Shown: in pieces, positions 1 through 13,721 of the stretch
How the letters are laid out: every line of letters starts with the position of its first letter
How positions within the stretch are numbered: position 1 is the stretch's first letter
NCBI GenBank assembly: GCA_000004695.1
Contig: CM000153.2
Span: 4,032,001-4,096,000, forward strand
Length of the DNA: 64,000 nucleotides
Origin: Dictyostelium discoideum
Lineage: Eukaryota
Direction: 5' to 3'
Notes under the pieces: generated by a model
The model's input: the letters and a program-made list of their open reading frames with translations, nothing else
The model's database searches: none
Told to the model about the DNA's origin: nothing
Program-made: the position numbers and the translations under genes

Positions 1-398
1 CCAACAGTATGATGATGTTCGGTAGAAATGCTGGTAAAAAAGTCATGGCTGTCCGTATCATCGAACAAGCCTTCGAAATCATCTACCTCTTAACCGATAA
101 GAACCCACTCCAAGTTTTAGTCGAAGCTGTCATGAACTCTGGTCCACGTGAAGATTCAACTCGTATTGGTTCAGCTGGTACTGTCAGACGTCAAGCTGTC
201 GATGTTTCCCCAATGAGACGTGTCAACCACGCTGTTTACCTCTTAACCCAAGGTACTCGTGCTGCTGCTTTCAGAAACATCAGAACTGTTGCTGAATGTT
301 TAGCTGATGAATTAATCAATGCCTCAAAAGGTTCACCAAATTCCTACTCAATCAAACAAAAGGATGCTTTAGAACGTACCGCCAAATCCCATCGTTAA
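1..398 (+). CDS. rps5: 40S ribosomal protein S5 (uS7), 3' portion of the CDS; the 5' part lies outside the window
   Basis: The frame is open from nt 3 ([19 protein letters not shown]...) through the stop at 396-398. The translation (…[102 protein letters not shown]) is near-identical in pattern to the eukaryotic uS7/RPS5 C-terminus, as recalled from memory. It is relatively GC-rich with strong codon bias, typical of a highly expressed gene. Confidence 0.85.
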   Translation, partial: NSMMMFGRNAGKKVMAVRIIEQAFEIIYLLTDKNPLQVLVEAVMNSGPREDSTRIGSAGTVRRQAVDVSPMRRVNHAVYLLTQGTRAAAFRNIRTVAECLADELINASKGSPNSYSIKQKDALERTAKSHR

Positions 399-1737
399 GC
401 GATTCGAATATATTATATATTATTGTTTCTTTTTAAAACCCCACAAGAAATAAACTATATAAAAAAAAAGAAAATATAAATTAAAGTAAAATGTTTTTTT
501 AAAAAGAATTAATATTTTAAAATGGTATTTTTAATTATTTAGATATTAATTCTTTTTTTTTGAAAAAAAAATTAATCTAAATAATAATTCATAAATTAAT
601 TCCCTCAATTTTTTTTTATTTTTTTTATTTTAAATATTTAGATATTAAAATTTTAAACAAAACACACCCTGAAAATAAAAATCTAAATCTATTTTTGTTG
701 ATATTTTAAAAATTTTTTTTTTTTTTTTTCCATTTTTAATTATTATTTATATAACTAAATTTTAACAAAATGCGAAAATAAAATTCTATATATGTTTCTG
801 TTGTTATTTTGAAATAAATTTTATTTTGTTTTTTTATTTTTTTTTTCACTTTTTTTTTTTTTTTTCAATTTTATTTTTATTTTTCACTCACATTATTGAT
901 AATATTAAACGATATGGATAAAGTAGCTATTGTTAAAATTGTTTTCTTTTTTTTATATATGGATTTAGAAGTTATTGTTGGAAATACTAATATATTTAAT
1001 ATATTATATAGGTTTTTAATGTTGGTAAATTAGTTGATTTTCAATGGAAATTGGGCGTTTCAATTGCTTCAAATCACTCTTCTCAATTAAATACACCATT
1101 CATTACAGTTTTTGTTAAAGTTTTAGATTCAAATAGTGAAGTAACATCACATTCTTTTGAATTAACTATACCAGAATTTAAGGTAAATGGATTATTATAA
1201 TATTTAAATTGTGTTATAAAGGTGTGTTTGTGTGTTTATTATTGTGCTAACAATTTCTTTTTTTTTTTTTTTTATCTTTTTAATTTCAATACAAAGAATT
1301 TTGCACAACAATTTAAAGATATGTCAAACATGATTGAAACCTTATAAAAGAAAGGAAAGTTATTGTTATATTAGAAAAATAAAAAAAAAATAAAAAAAAA
1401 ATAAAAATAGAAATAATAGTGATATATAAATGAAATTAAAAAAATTACTCTAGGGTTGACAAAGGAGTTAATATGTTTCAATGAATAAAAAAATGGTAGA
1501 TGTGACAGTGGTTGAGTTTAATTTGGTTTTCTAATCTTTTAAAATAAATTTATTTCAAAAAAAAAAAAGTTTTTTTTTTTTTTTTAAACAAAAAACTTGT
1601 TCTTTTTTTTTTATTTTATTTGTTTTAGAAATATATTTAAGATATTATTAAAACACTCAGATGGTTTACCAAATAAAGGAGAATATCCGAGAAGTTTTTA
1701 ATTACTAAAATTAAAATTCCTTTTCAAATATTAAACC

Positions 1738-1768
<31 letters not shown>

Positions 1769-1907
1769 AAATTCTATAAATTAATTTCATTTTTTTTTTT
1801 ATCTTTAATTTTTTTATTTTTTAATTTTTTTATTTTTAGTTTATTATTTGAAAAGGAATTTTAAAATAATTTGAATGTTGATAAAATAAAAAGTTGAAAA
1901 AAAAAAA

Positions 1908-1946
<39 letters not shown>

Positions 1947-2364
1947 AATTATCAATTTTATTATTAAATAATATAGGAAAAAGAATTTATAAGTGATTAC
2001 TTTTAAAGAAAATGTAGTATCAATCTAATTGGTAGAGAAAGGAAAGATTTATCTATGCACTATATCATTTAGAAAAGTTTTTGTTCATATCAATACTATC
2101 ATATTCAAAGGAAAATAAAAAATGATTCTAATGTCAGAGAAAGGAAAGATTTATCTATGCTACGATATTACGAAAATAGATGACCATATATCATTCCCCC
2201 CTAAATTTTTCAATAAACCTAAAAAGAATTTTCAAATTAAATTATTTAATTAAAATTAAATAAAAAAAAAAAAAAAAAAAAACTTTTTTTTACAAATTAT
2301 AAAATATTACAAACTTTTTTTTTTTTTTTTTTTTTATTTTCAAATTAAAATCTATTTATTTATT

Positions 2365-4020
2365 TTAATATTTAAAAATTTGACCATACCAAGAGTTTAT
2401 AATTACATAGAGACCAGTTGTTCTCATTTGTTCAGAAGAACGATAATAGGTAGTATTGGAAAGTAAATCAGTGACAGGGATAGTTTCATTACCATTCATT
2501 GGTTCAGCATCATCCAAGATAATATTACCAGTACCTTGTTGGTCAGAGAAATTCAAAACACATAATCTACGTTCATTTTGGTATGTCCATTTGTAGGCAA
2601 CTAAATTCCAACTCTCTTGATCATTTGTGCAATTTAAATAAGTGAATTCACCATTCTTAAAGACTGGATCACTAACGATGGAGGTTAAAGTTTGATAGAA
2701 TGCCATTGCATCATCGATAGCTGGTTCAGATTGTTCACGTCTAAGATGGACGTCCAATTGGTTGGAATAACCTTGGAAATCACCCCACCAAAAGAAACGT
2801 AAACCAGGGAGTGTATAGGTGATGAGAGCGGCAGCATCAGATCTCCACCAACTACCAAAGAAATTTGCACCTCTTGGTTCATCATGATTTGAAATGAAGT
2901 GAGCAGAATGAGTTGTAAATTGTTTTGAATGACCAGAGATCCAAGCTCTGACAGCATTCATATCGCCACCATTTATGATATCATGTAACATTTTATCGTA
3001 GGTATAGTCGAAACCGACTTGTTGTAAATTCTCTTCGTATGGATGGTAAACTTCGGCCAAAAAGATAATATCTGGATACTCTTGTTTGACCATATCGATA
3101 GCAACAGTCCAAAATTCCTCAGTTGGTTGTTGGAAGCCCCATGATTGTAATTGATTTTCCCAATTTGAACCAAATAATGAATTCAATAATAGGTAAGCCA
3201 TATCACATCTAATTGCATCGGCGAATGAAGCTACGGTTAAAAGTTGTTGAATTCTTGCTTTGACACAATTTGAATTCCAATAGTTCAATTGAGCAGTATC
3301 ATACCATGAGCCACCCCAACCTGCACTACCATAGGCAATACCATTTGGAAGGTAAGTATTATTATCATATGGTGTTGGTGTACCTTGTGGTGCACGAATA
3401 TAATAGTCCATCTCTGTTGTGGTCCATTCTGCATCGACTGCAGTATGATTTGGTACAAAATCTAACATTAACAATAATCCAATGGCATTTAATTTCTTTC
3501 TTAATTCAATTAAATCTTGTTCTAACCCAATTTGTGGATTAACTGAATAGTTTGTAACTGCATATGGTGATCCAATAATATCGGCTTGTGTATATCCTGG
3601 TAAAACTTGTTCATAATGTTGTAATAATGGTCCGTTGGTTTGATCATAGTTTAATCCATATTCTCCTAATTCCCAAACTCCCATCATCCAAATCATATCA
3701 AATCCCATTGATTTAATTTTTTCAAATTCTTCAAATGGAATATCTTTTTTTTGAAAAAAAAATAAAAAAATTTATTAATATTTCTTTTTTAATAAAATGA
3801 ATAATTAAAAAAACTATATAAAATATATTTAATATATGTACATACCTGAAAGTGTATTAATTGGTGTATTATAAGTTATTGATAAATTATACATCCATGG
3901 TCTTGTTGAAACTTCATACATCATCATACCACCTGCTGGCACTGTTGATGATACTTTCTTTGTTACTAAACTTGTCATTGCAACGAGTGCAAAAATAAAA
4001 ATAATAAAATTAATTTTCAT
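2365..4020 (-). CDS. Secreted alpha-amylase (glycoside hydrolase family 13), two exons: 3846..4020 and 2365..3743
   Basis: Exon 1 (MKINFIIFIFALVAMTSLV...NTLS) is a hydrophobic signal peptide. It ends at a GTATGT donor (3845-3844 on the minus strand) in phase 1. The acceptor is aaaaag at 3745-3744, giving a 102-nt AT-rich intron. Exon 2 continues in frame (DIPFEEFEKIKSMGFDMIWMMGVWELG...). It carries GH13 hallmarks: the LDFVPNH region, a GDFQGY segment, and overall alpha-amylase architecture. Confidence 0.75.
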
Positions 4021-4343
4021 TTTTTTTTTTTTTTTTTTAGTTCCTTATAAATAATGTGTACAAATAAAAAAAATATAAAAAAATTAAAAACTAAAAAAAA
4101 TAAAATAAAAAAAAAAAAATAAAAAAAACCTTCTCAACTGTGTACAGAATCAATCACTGTGAAAAAAAAAAAAAAAATAAAATAAAAATTTGGGATATTT
4201 TTTTATTAAAAAAAAAAATTTAAAATAATTAAAATTTCGTGTGAAATTTATGATTAAATGCCATTCCTATGCAATTTTATTTTATTTCGTTTTTTTTTTT
4301 TTTTTTTTTAATTTTTTATATTGAGGCAAATAATGGTTTTTTA

Positions 4344-4376
<33 letters not shown>

Positions 4377-4499
4377 CGTACAAATGTATGTATGTTTGTT
4401 TTATTTTTAGTAATGTATTTTTTTTTTTACAACTTTTTATTTTTTTTTTTTTTACAATTTTTTTTTTTTTTTTACAATTTATTTTTTTTTTTTTTTTTA

Positions 4500-4540
<41 letters not shown>

Positions 4541-4919
4541 AGTTATATAATTGAACATGTTCAATTTTTTTTTTTAATAACTTTTTTTTTTTTTCTCAAT
4601 CATTAAATAAAATTTTATTTTTAGAATTTAAATTTATTAAACCAATATTATATTATTATTTAGAAGGGAGGATGTCTCTGAATAACTATCATTTGGTATT
4701 TGTTGGAAATACACTATTTCAACAGCATGATTACTTAAATTATTAAATTTGATTGATCTTCTCTCTAATGATTTGTTTAAGTTTTTAAATAATCTAAATT
4801 GTGAGATTTGTTTCTAAATTATTTATATTTTTTATTATTTATTTTTTTTTTAAAAAAAAAAAAAAAGGTTGGAATATTAATATTAATGACATTGAAATAT
4901 TTAAAATAATGATAATAGA

Positions 4920-5141
4920 TCATACATATACAACGAATAAAATAAATATTAAAATGGTTGGACCAACGATGGCAGCCATAATAAGTGCTAAAAGTTGAGA
5001 GACTGATGGTGATCCAAATTTTGAAGATGGGTGAAGTATTCTTGCTCCATAACTACCAACAAATAAAATTACAATAATTGCTGAAGGTGATATAAGTATT
5101 TTCAAAATAACATCTAAAAAAGGTGGTGGATTATTATTCAT
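4920..5141 (-). CDS. Hypothetical small hydrophobic or membrane protein (73 aa); the model is uncertain
   Basis: An ATG-initiated ORF with two predicted TM-like hydrophobic stretches. A 59-codon ATG ORF (5333..5157, MELENNNKIKPKKHFLHHEEEYVDRKPVF...) sits in the -1 frame directly upstream and overlaps its stop with this ATG. The locus may therefore be one gene with a frameshift or an unusual structure. Confidence 0.25.
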   Translation of the reverse strand: MNNNPPPFLDVILKILISPSAIIVILFVGSYGARILHPSSKFGSPSVSQLLALIMAAIVGPTILIFILFVVYV

Positions 5142-6587
5142 AAATTTAGTCTCCTTATTATATCAGAATATTCATTTTCAGTTAACACTCCTTCCATCTC
5201 ATTTGGATAAAAGGTTTTATAACTTTTGAAAACTGGTTTTCTATCCACATATTCTTCTTCATGATGAAGAAAATGTTTTTTTGGTTTAATTTTATTATTA
5301 TTTTCTAATTCCATTTTATCCTTTATCGTTAATTTTAATTATAAAATTGATTAGGAAAAAAAAAAAAAAAAAATTTTTTATATGGGTTTTCATTTTGAAA
5401 AAAAAAAAAAAAAAAAAAAAAAAACGATTTATTGGTGAGTTAAAGAGGCAAAGTGGGAAATTTTTTTTTTTTTTTTGGTTTCTTTGAGGTTTAAGTTTTA
5501 ATTTTTTTTTTTTTCCTTTATTTGTTTTTTTGTATTATTATTATTCTTTTGATATTCAAATAATAAAGAAAAAAAAAAAGAAAAAAAAAAACAATAATGT
5601 TGTTTGTTTTTTAAAAAATTGGGAATGTTAAAAAAAATCAGAGTTTTAAAAATTAATATTATTTTTTACATTTTCAATGTCATTTTTCTTTGATTATAGA
5701 TAATGTAAAACAAATTTTATATTTTATTTTATTTTTTTATTTTTTTTATTTTTTTAAAAATTTGATAAAAAAAGACAATAACATTTTATAACATCATATT
5801 TGTTTTTTGTTTTACTTAAAAATAGAACAAATTAAAAAAATCTCTTGGTTTTGTAAGGAAAAAAACACACAAAAAAAAAAAAATTATAAAATAATTATTT
5901 TTGGATATTGTGTTGTGTGTGTTTAGTGTGAGTGTGTGTGTGTTTTGAAAACATTAATGTGAACATAATAATAACCCTAACAATATATCTGTAAACTATC
6001 TTGTTTTATTTTGTTTTTTTTTTATTTTTTAATTATTTTTTTTATTATTTTTTTTTTTTTTGTGGTTAATATTATAAAATAAAAAAAAAAAATAAAAAAA
6101 TAAAGACAAGGAAAATATTTAACGAAAATACTTTCATAGGATAAATCGATCATCTAAATATATAATATCCTTTCAAACACTTTAAATTTTAAAATTAAAT
6201 AAAAACCTCATTTTTTTTTTTTTCCTCTCTATATTTTTTTTTTTTTTTTAATTATTTTTTTAAACAATTAAAATTAACAATAGATTCTATTTATTTTTAT
6301 TATAATTATTTTTATTTTTTTTCATTTTTTTATTTATTATTTAATTTATATATTTATATATTTTTTTTTTATATATAAATAAAAAAGTAGATAATCAAAT
6401 TTATACATATAAAACATATAAACACCCCCAATTTCAATTTTTTTTTTTTTCTATTATTAATTTATTTTCATATTATTTTCATATTTTTTTTATTGTTTTT
6501 TTTATAAATATAAAAAGAAATTAATAAAAAAAAAGGATATTTTTTTTAAAAATATAAAAAAAAAAAAAAAAAAAAATAATAATAATA

Positions 6588-7073
6588 ATGGAAAGTATTG
6601 GAACCGAACAAATTATAGAATATTTAAGAGATGAAGTTGTTTATAGAATTGGGCAAGAAAATTTTAATAATGGTTTAATACAGTTAGAATTTGTTGGTAA
6701 ATATTTAGTTAAATCAAAAGTTAATGAAAATTCAAAACATAGAGTAATGGTTGAGTTTAAAAGGGATGGATTAATAAAGAAATCGTTATGTACTTGTAAG
6801 GAATTTGAATTTACATCACCATGTCACCATGTAGCTGCAACTTGTTTCGAGTTAATTGATTTCATGAGAAATCATCCAAATAGATTCATAAGTAATAATA
6901 CCCTAATTCAAGAATATTCATTAACAAAATCAACCGAATTGGCAGATTTAGTAAAAGAAATTTTTATCGATAATCCAACATTACTATTCTCACCAAAAAA
7001 TTATTTTAATATTAATTTCAATAACTTTAATGGTATTGATGAAAGTAATAATAAAGTTTCAAAAAATTTATAA
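6588..7073 (+). CDS. Small SWIM-type zinc-finger protein (161 aa)
   Basis: A single ATG ORF. The motif C-T-C-x9-C-H-H (CTCKEFEFTSPCHHVAA) fits the SWIM CxCxnCxH signature. No other domain is recognised. Confidence 0.45.
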   Translation: MESIGTEQIIEYLRDEVVYRIGQENFNNGLIQLEFVGKYLVKSKVNENSKHRVMVEFKRDGLIKKSLCTCKEFEFTSPCHHVAATCFELIDFMRNHPNRFISNNTLIQEYSLTKSTELADLVKEIFIDNPTLLFSPKNYFNINFNNFNGIDESNNKVSKNL

Positions 7074-7411
7074 TTTCATACTTAATATATATATTTATAA
7101 GAAAATCAAAAAAAGAAATATTCAATAATTATAAAAATTAAAATCACACACACACATATATATATACAACTGGTACAATAATAAATATTAAATAATATAT
7201 ATATATGTGTATATATATACAATAATGGAATTTCAAATTTAATTATATTTTAACCATTTTTGGAAATTTCCAAACAAACTAAAAATAGTTGGAAAATTTA
7301 AATTAAAATAAAAATAAAAAAAAAAAAAGATCGAGATTATTTATTTATTTTAAAAATTTAATTTATTTTATTTATTTTGTTTTTTTTATTTTTTTTTTTA
7401 ATCTTTTTAAA

Positions 7412-8360
7412 TTATTTTGGAGTTGAAACATCTTTTAATATACTTATAATTCCATTTGATTTTAAAGTTTCAAGTTCTTCTTCTTTTCTCACTAAAACAG
7501 CACCAGTAAAACCAACACTATTAATTGAAATTCCTTTTGATTGATAGGTACTACGAGGTACAATGAACATCCAATCCTTTGTCATTATAAAATTATAACT
7601 CTTTAATTTACACATATATTCTTTATCGGTTGAAACTAAATCATAATTTACAGGATTATTATCATTATCAGTATTTAATTCTAAATGATTTAATAATGAT
7701 TTATATTGTAATTCAAAATATTTTGAAAGATGATAATTATTATTACTACTATTATTATTTTCATTTTCATTTTCATTTTCATTTTCATTTTCAATAAATT
7801 CTAATTGTTCAAAAGATTTTAATTTTGATTGATCATAATATAATGCAGCAGTTTTAAATGGTAATTCATCAATTTGAAAAATTGATTCATTTGGTAAGTC
7901 TTTATATTTTAAAAATAAACTTTCAATTGGACATTTCAAATGTGGTTCATCATAATTGAATGGTGTTGTTAAAAGTTGTACATGTTTATGTGGTTGACTT
8001 GCCCCACTATTTGGTCCACAATTAAAAAAACATAACATATCACACTCTTTAATACATTTCCAACTAATAATTAATAATTAATAATAATGTTAGTGCACTA
8101 AAAATAAATAATAAAAATGAATATATAATAAATATTAAATATATACATTGCTTTAAAATCAAATTGATTTAGTGGATTTACTTGATTTTCAAAATTTTTA
8201 GTTGCAATAATTGAATGATGATTTGAAACATTATATTTATTTAACACTAAATTATGTCTATCAAACAATTGTTGTACGAATAAATCTTTATCACATGGTA
8301 AAAAGGGGTCTACAAATTTCTTTTTTATTGGTACTTCTGTTATAATTGTATTATTATTAC

Positions 8361-8433
<73 letters not shown>

Positions 8434-8767
8434 TTCATTGTTATTTATGATTTTGGTTTCTTCTATATTACTACTATTACAATTTATATTACCATCTGGT
8501 TTGGGAAAATTAAATGGTCTTTTTAAAAGTGATTTTGCAACACTAACCATAAACTATAGTTAATAAATTATATGTTAATTATTTTTATATTATTATTATT
8601 ATTTTTATTATTATTATTAGAGTGAGAGTATTACATACATTTATACCATTTTCATTCATAAATATAGGTGTTGATTCAATCTTTTCAATTGTTCCAATCT
8701 GAGTGGCTCTTTCTGAAACCTTTTTAATTTTATCAAAAAGTTGAAATGTGTTATTCGCGCTTCTCAT
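7412..8767 (-). CDS. HIT-superfamily GalT/Apa1-branch nucleotidyl phosphorylase (Ap4A phosphorylase / ATP adenylyltransferase-like), three exons: 8639..8767, 8147..8553, 7412..8063
   Basis: Exon 1 (MRSANNTFQLFDKIKKVSERATQIGTIEKIESTPIFMNENGIN) ends at a GTATGT donor in phase 0. Exon 2 starts after ctatag (FMVSVAKSLLKRPFNFPKPDG..., poly-Asn tract) and ends at AT|GTATAT in phase 2. Exon 3 starts after attag (WKCIKECDMLCFFNCGPNSGASQPHKHVQLL...). All junction phases are consistent. The NCGPNSGASQPHKHVQ segment contains the HxHxQ motif of the GalT/Apa1 HIT branch. Confidence 0.45.
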
Positions 8768-9449
8768 TTTTATGTGTATGTTTTGAAAATAAATTGAAAA
8801 AAAATAAAATAAAAAAAAAAAATAAAAAAAAATAAAAAAAAAAAAAAGTAAAAATTTTGTATAAACATTATTTGTTTTTTTTTTTTTTTTTCATAATCCT
8901 GTATAAAAAGAAAATTATTTTTTATTTCTCTCTTTCTGTTAATTCATTAATTTTTTTTTTTTTTTTACCCATTTTTATAAATATTTCTTTATGTGTTTAT
9001 TTTTTATTTATTTTTTCCATGTAATAAATAGGCTGCAAGATCCATCCATGGTTGGTTGATATCTTTGATAATCTACCAGAGGTTGAAATGCGCATTATGC
9101 TATGGCTATCCACGATGCAAACTATATCGTTTCAACCTCTGAATTCTCTAGCGGTGTACTAATCTCCAACTTTCTCTTGTTCAATTTTATCATAATTTCA
9201 CATTCTTCATTATTATCAAATACAACAACAACAACAACAACAACAACCACCACCACAAATACTAAGTCCACTTTGCATAGGTCGGGTTAAAGGTGTTGGA
9301 TTTTCAATTTTAAAATAATCATCATAGCTGAAATTGTGATTATCTTGATTATTAGATTCAAATATATTTAAAACTTACTGAATAATTTGTTTTGGTTTTA
9401 AATAAACAAATTATTAGTTTATGATTTTTTAAATGGTGTTATTATTTTA

Positions 9450-9484
<35 letters not shown>

Positions 9485-9535
9485 TTGGTCAATTATTATT
9501 TTTTATTATAATATATTATTCATAAATTAATATCC

Positions 9536-11038
<1,503 letters not shown>

Positions 11039-11529
11039 TATATGTTTATTTAATTATTATTATTATTATTATTGTTTTTTTTTTTTTTATTATTATTTTT
11101 TTTTTTAATTTGTATGGTTGTTTAAAAAATAAAAATAAAATTAAAAAAAAAAAACAAAAAAAAATAAAAAAAAAAAAAAAAAAAAAAAAAAATAAAATAA
11201 AAAAAAAAAAAAATAACACGGAGTGCCGTTGCGTGTGTAAATTAAAAATTTAAAAAAAAATAAATTAAAAAATGAAATTTAACCATTTGTTTTTAACCTT
11301 TTTTATTATTTTTTTTTTTTTTTTTTTTTTTCAAATTGTTGTGAAAAAAATAAAAAAAAAAAAAAAAAAAAAATCTTTTCTCCATACTAAAATTAGATTC
11401 CACTTAATTTAAATTCAAATCAATTCGCACTTTTTTTTTTTTTTTTACTTTTTAATCTGTTTGATGAAAATAAATTAACAAAACCATAAAAGTTTTTTTT
11501 TTTTTGGTTTTATTCCTTTTTTGAATTTT

Positions 11530-11570
<41 letters not shown>

Positions 11571-11596
11571 AATTTTAATTATTTTGTTAACCCATC

Positions 11597-11642
<46 letters not shown>

Positions 11643-11653
11643 ATCTTCTCGAA

Positions 11654-11684
<31 letters not shown>

Positions 11685-11878
11685 ATAAATTTTTCAATTA
11701 AATTATTAAAAAATAATTAATATATTTTAATAGTTTTTAATTTTTTTTTTATAAACTAATGGAATAAAAAAAAATTTTTTAAATATCTTTAAAACTAACC
11801 AACCACAATATATGTGCATTGTCCAAAAAAAAAAAAAAAAATCAAAACCAAAAATTTTGGACAACCCCATCACCTTTA

Positions 11879-11920
<42 letters not shown>

Positions 11921-11971
11921 CGGGTGTTGGGAAATATTAAATTTGTTTAATAAATAAATTATTAATAAATG

Positions 11972-13149
11972 ATGATTTCAATGAAACATTTTTTAAAAAT
12001 GATATACCTGATACTCTTGACACAATTGAATTTATTTATTTTTTCAATAAACCTTTAATAAATAAACATATCAATTATGATTATAGTTCAAATTATCATT
12101 GTATTTTAAAATCAATAACATTTGGATACCATTTCAATAAAGAAATTAATGAAAACCTATTCCAAGATCATTGACCACATTGAAATTTGGTGAATCATTT
12201 AACCAAAAATTAATACCTGGAATATTTAAATATCAATGCAAATTGATATCAATTGAATTTGGTGAAAATTTCAATAATAAAGGATTCCCATTACCATTCA
12301 ATAATCAAGTATTTCCAAACTCTTTACAAATTTTAAAATTTGCAAATAATTTTAATTCACCTTTAATTGACTTGATTATCAAGTTTACCAAATTTAACAA
12401 TTTTAAAATTTCCCAATTTTTTAGAATTACAAATTGGTTCAACCAATATATTAAATTCTATTTTCCCATCATTAAAAACAATTAATTGTAATTACAACTA
12501 TAATAATCAAGTAGAGGGTACAAATGGAGGAATAGAATGGACTACCTCAATAACATCATTAACCTTATTAACATTTAATAATAATAGTAGTATAATATTT
12601 TCATTTTTACCAAAATCATTAAAACATTTAAGTTTACCAAATTTTAATCGACCTTTTCCTACAATTGATGAAAATTCATTACCATGGAAAAATTTAGAGA
12701 GTTTAGAATTTGGAGGTGGTGGTTGTGGTGATGGTTTAAAATTTTCCACATCACATCCTTTCACACAATCTATCTCATTTCCAAATTTAAAATCATTAAA
12801 AATTAGTATTTCAAATTATAAATCATTATCAATTAATTTATTTCCAAAGTTAGAATCAATCATCTTTTTAGAATCAATATCATTTACATTATTTAATAAA
12901 CAATATGTTGATTCTGAATCATTATTTAAAATCTTACCAAACTCTTTAACATATTTAGAACTTGAATCTCTAAACCTAAATAAGCCATTAAATGATCCAA
13001 CTTTGATTTTCCCATCAAACCTCTCCACTATTTCAATAACTAATAGCCAAAAATTTAAAATATTCCATCCAAATTTACCATTACCACCCCAATTAAAAAA
13101 ATTATTATATAATAATAATATTTATAATAAATATAATAACTATCATTAA
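11972..13149 (+). pseudogene. FNIP-repeat family gene, disrupted by at least two 1-nt frameshifts at A/T homopolymers (pseudogene or sequencing errors)
   Basis: FNIP-repeat consensus elements (…LxFGxxFNQ/K…LPxSL…) occur in three different plus-strand frames. The first frame reads DIPDTLDTIEFIYFFNKPL…ITFGYHFNKEINEN and hits a stop. The second is the track ORF 12171..12485 (IPRSLTTLKFGESFNQKLIPGIF…IEFGENFNNKGFPLPFNNQVFPNSLQILKFANNFNSPL). The third reads FPSLKTINCNYNYNNQVEG…LPKSLKHLSLPNFNRPFP…LESLEFGGGGCGDGLKFS…LPNSLTYLELESLNLNKPL… to a stop at 13147-13149. The shifts are single nucleotides, so introns cannot explain them. Confidence 0.45.
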
Positions 13150-13364
13150 AAAATAATAAAATAAATAAAAAACCAAATAAATAATAATAGTTTTTAAAAA
13201 AAATAACGCCATTAATTTATTTATTGTTGCAAGAAAATTTCAGAAAAATTTCTTTCCACTGCGTAGTGAATTTTTTAATTTAATTTCCCTGCACTAACTT
13301 AGTTAAAAAAAAAAAATCACTGACCCCAACTTTTTTTTTTTTTAAAAAAAAACAAAGTTTATTA

Positions 13365-13419
<55 letters not shown>

Positions 13420-13426
13420 TTTTTTA

Positions 13427-13482
<56 letters not shown>

Positions 13483-13575
13483 ATTATTATTATTATTATT
13501 ATTTTATTTAAAGATTTGTTTTCAAATAACTGTCAGTTAGATTTTATTTAATTTGATTTTTTATTTTTTAATTTC

Positions 13576-13613
<38 letters not shown>

Positions 13614-13721
13614 AAACAATCATTTTTTTTTTTTTCAACCACAAGATTTTTATTTTTCACTTGATATTAAAAAAGCTCATACATATTTATATCTTCCCAA
13701 ATCATAAAAACATTATTAATA

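Noticed and set aside
2685-3542. Three 66-90 aa ORFs (2685..2957 -, 2973..3173 -, 3270..3542 +) inside the amylase exon
   Set aside because: They sit in alternative frames or on the opposite strand of a well-supported GH13 coding exon, so they are shadow ORFs.
4269-4606. poly-Phe ORFs (4269..4541, 4388..4606)
   Set aside because: They are translations of T-homopolymer / (T)nACAA low-complexity intergenic DNA.
5157-5333. 59-codon ATG ORF (MELENNNKIKPKKHFLHHEEEYVDRKPVF…) overlapping the start of ORF 4920..5141 in the -1 frame
   Set aside because: I could not make a phase-consistent splice model and there is no domain. It is recorded only as part of the uncertain small-gene locus.
9102-9290. 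62-aa ORF with a Thr12 run
   Set aside because: It has no start context or domain. It overlaps the GC-rich hairpin island, which is more likely non-coding.
12507-13028. Minus-strand ORFs 12507..12764 and 12816..13028
   Set aside because: They are antisense to plus-strand FNIP-repeat coding sequence, which has a clear repeat consensus.
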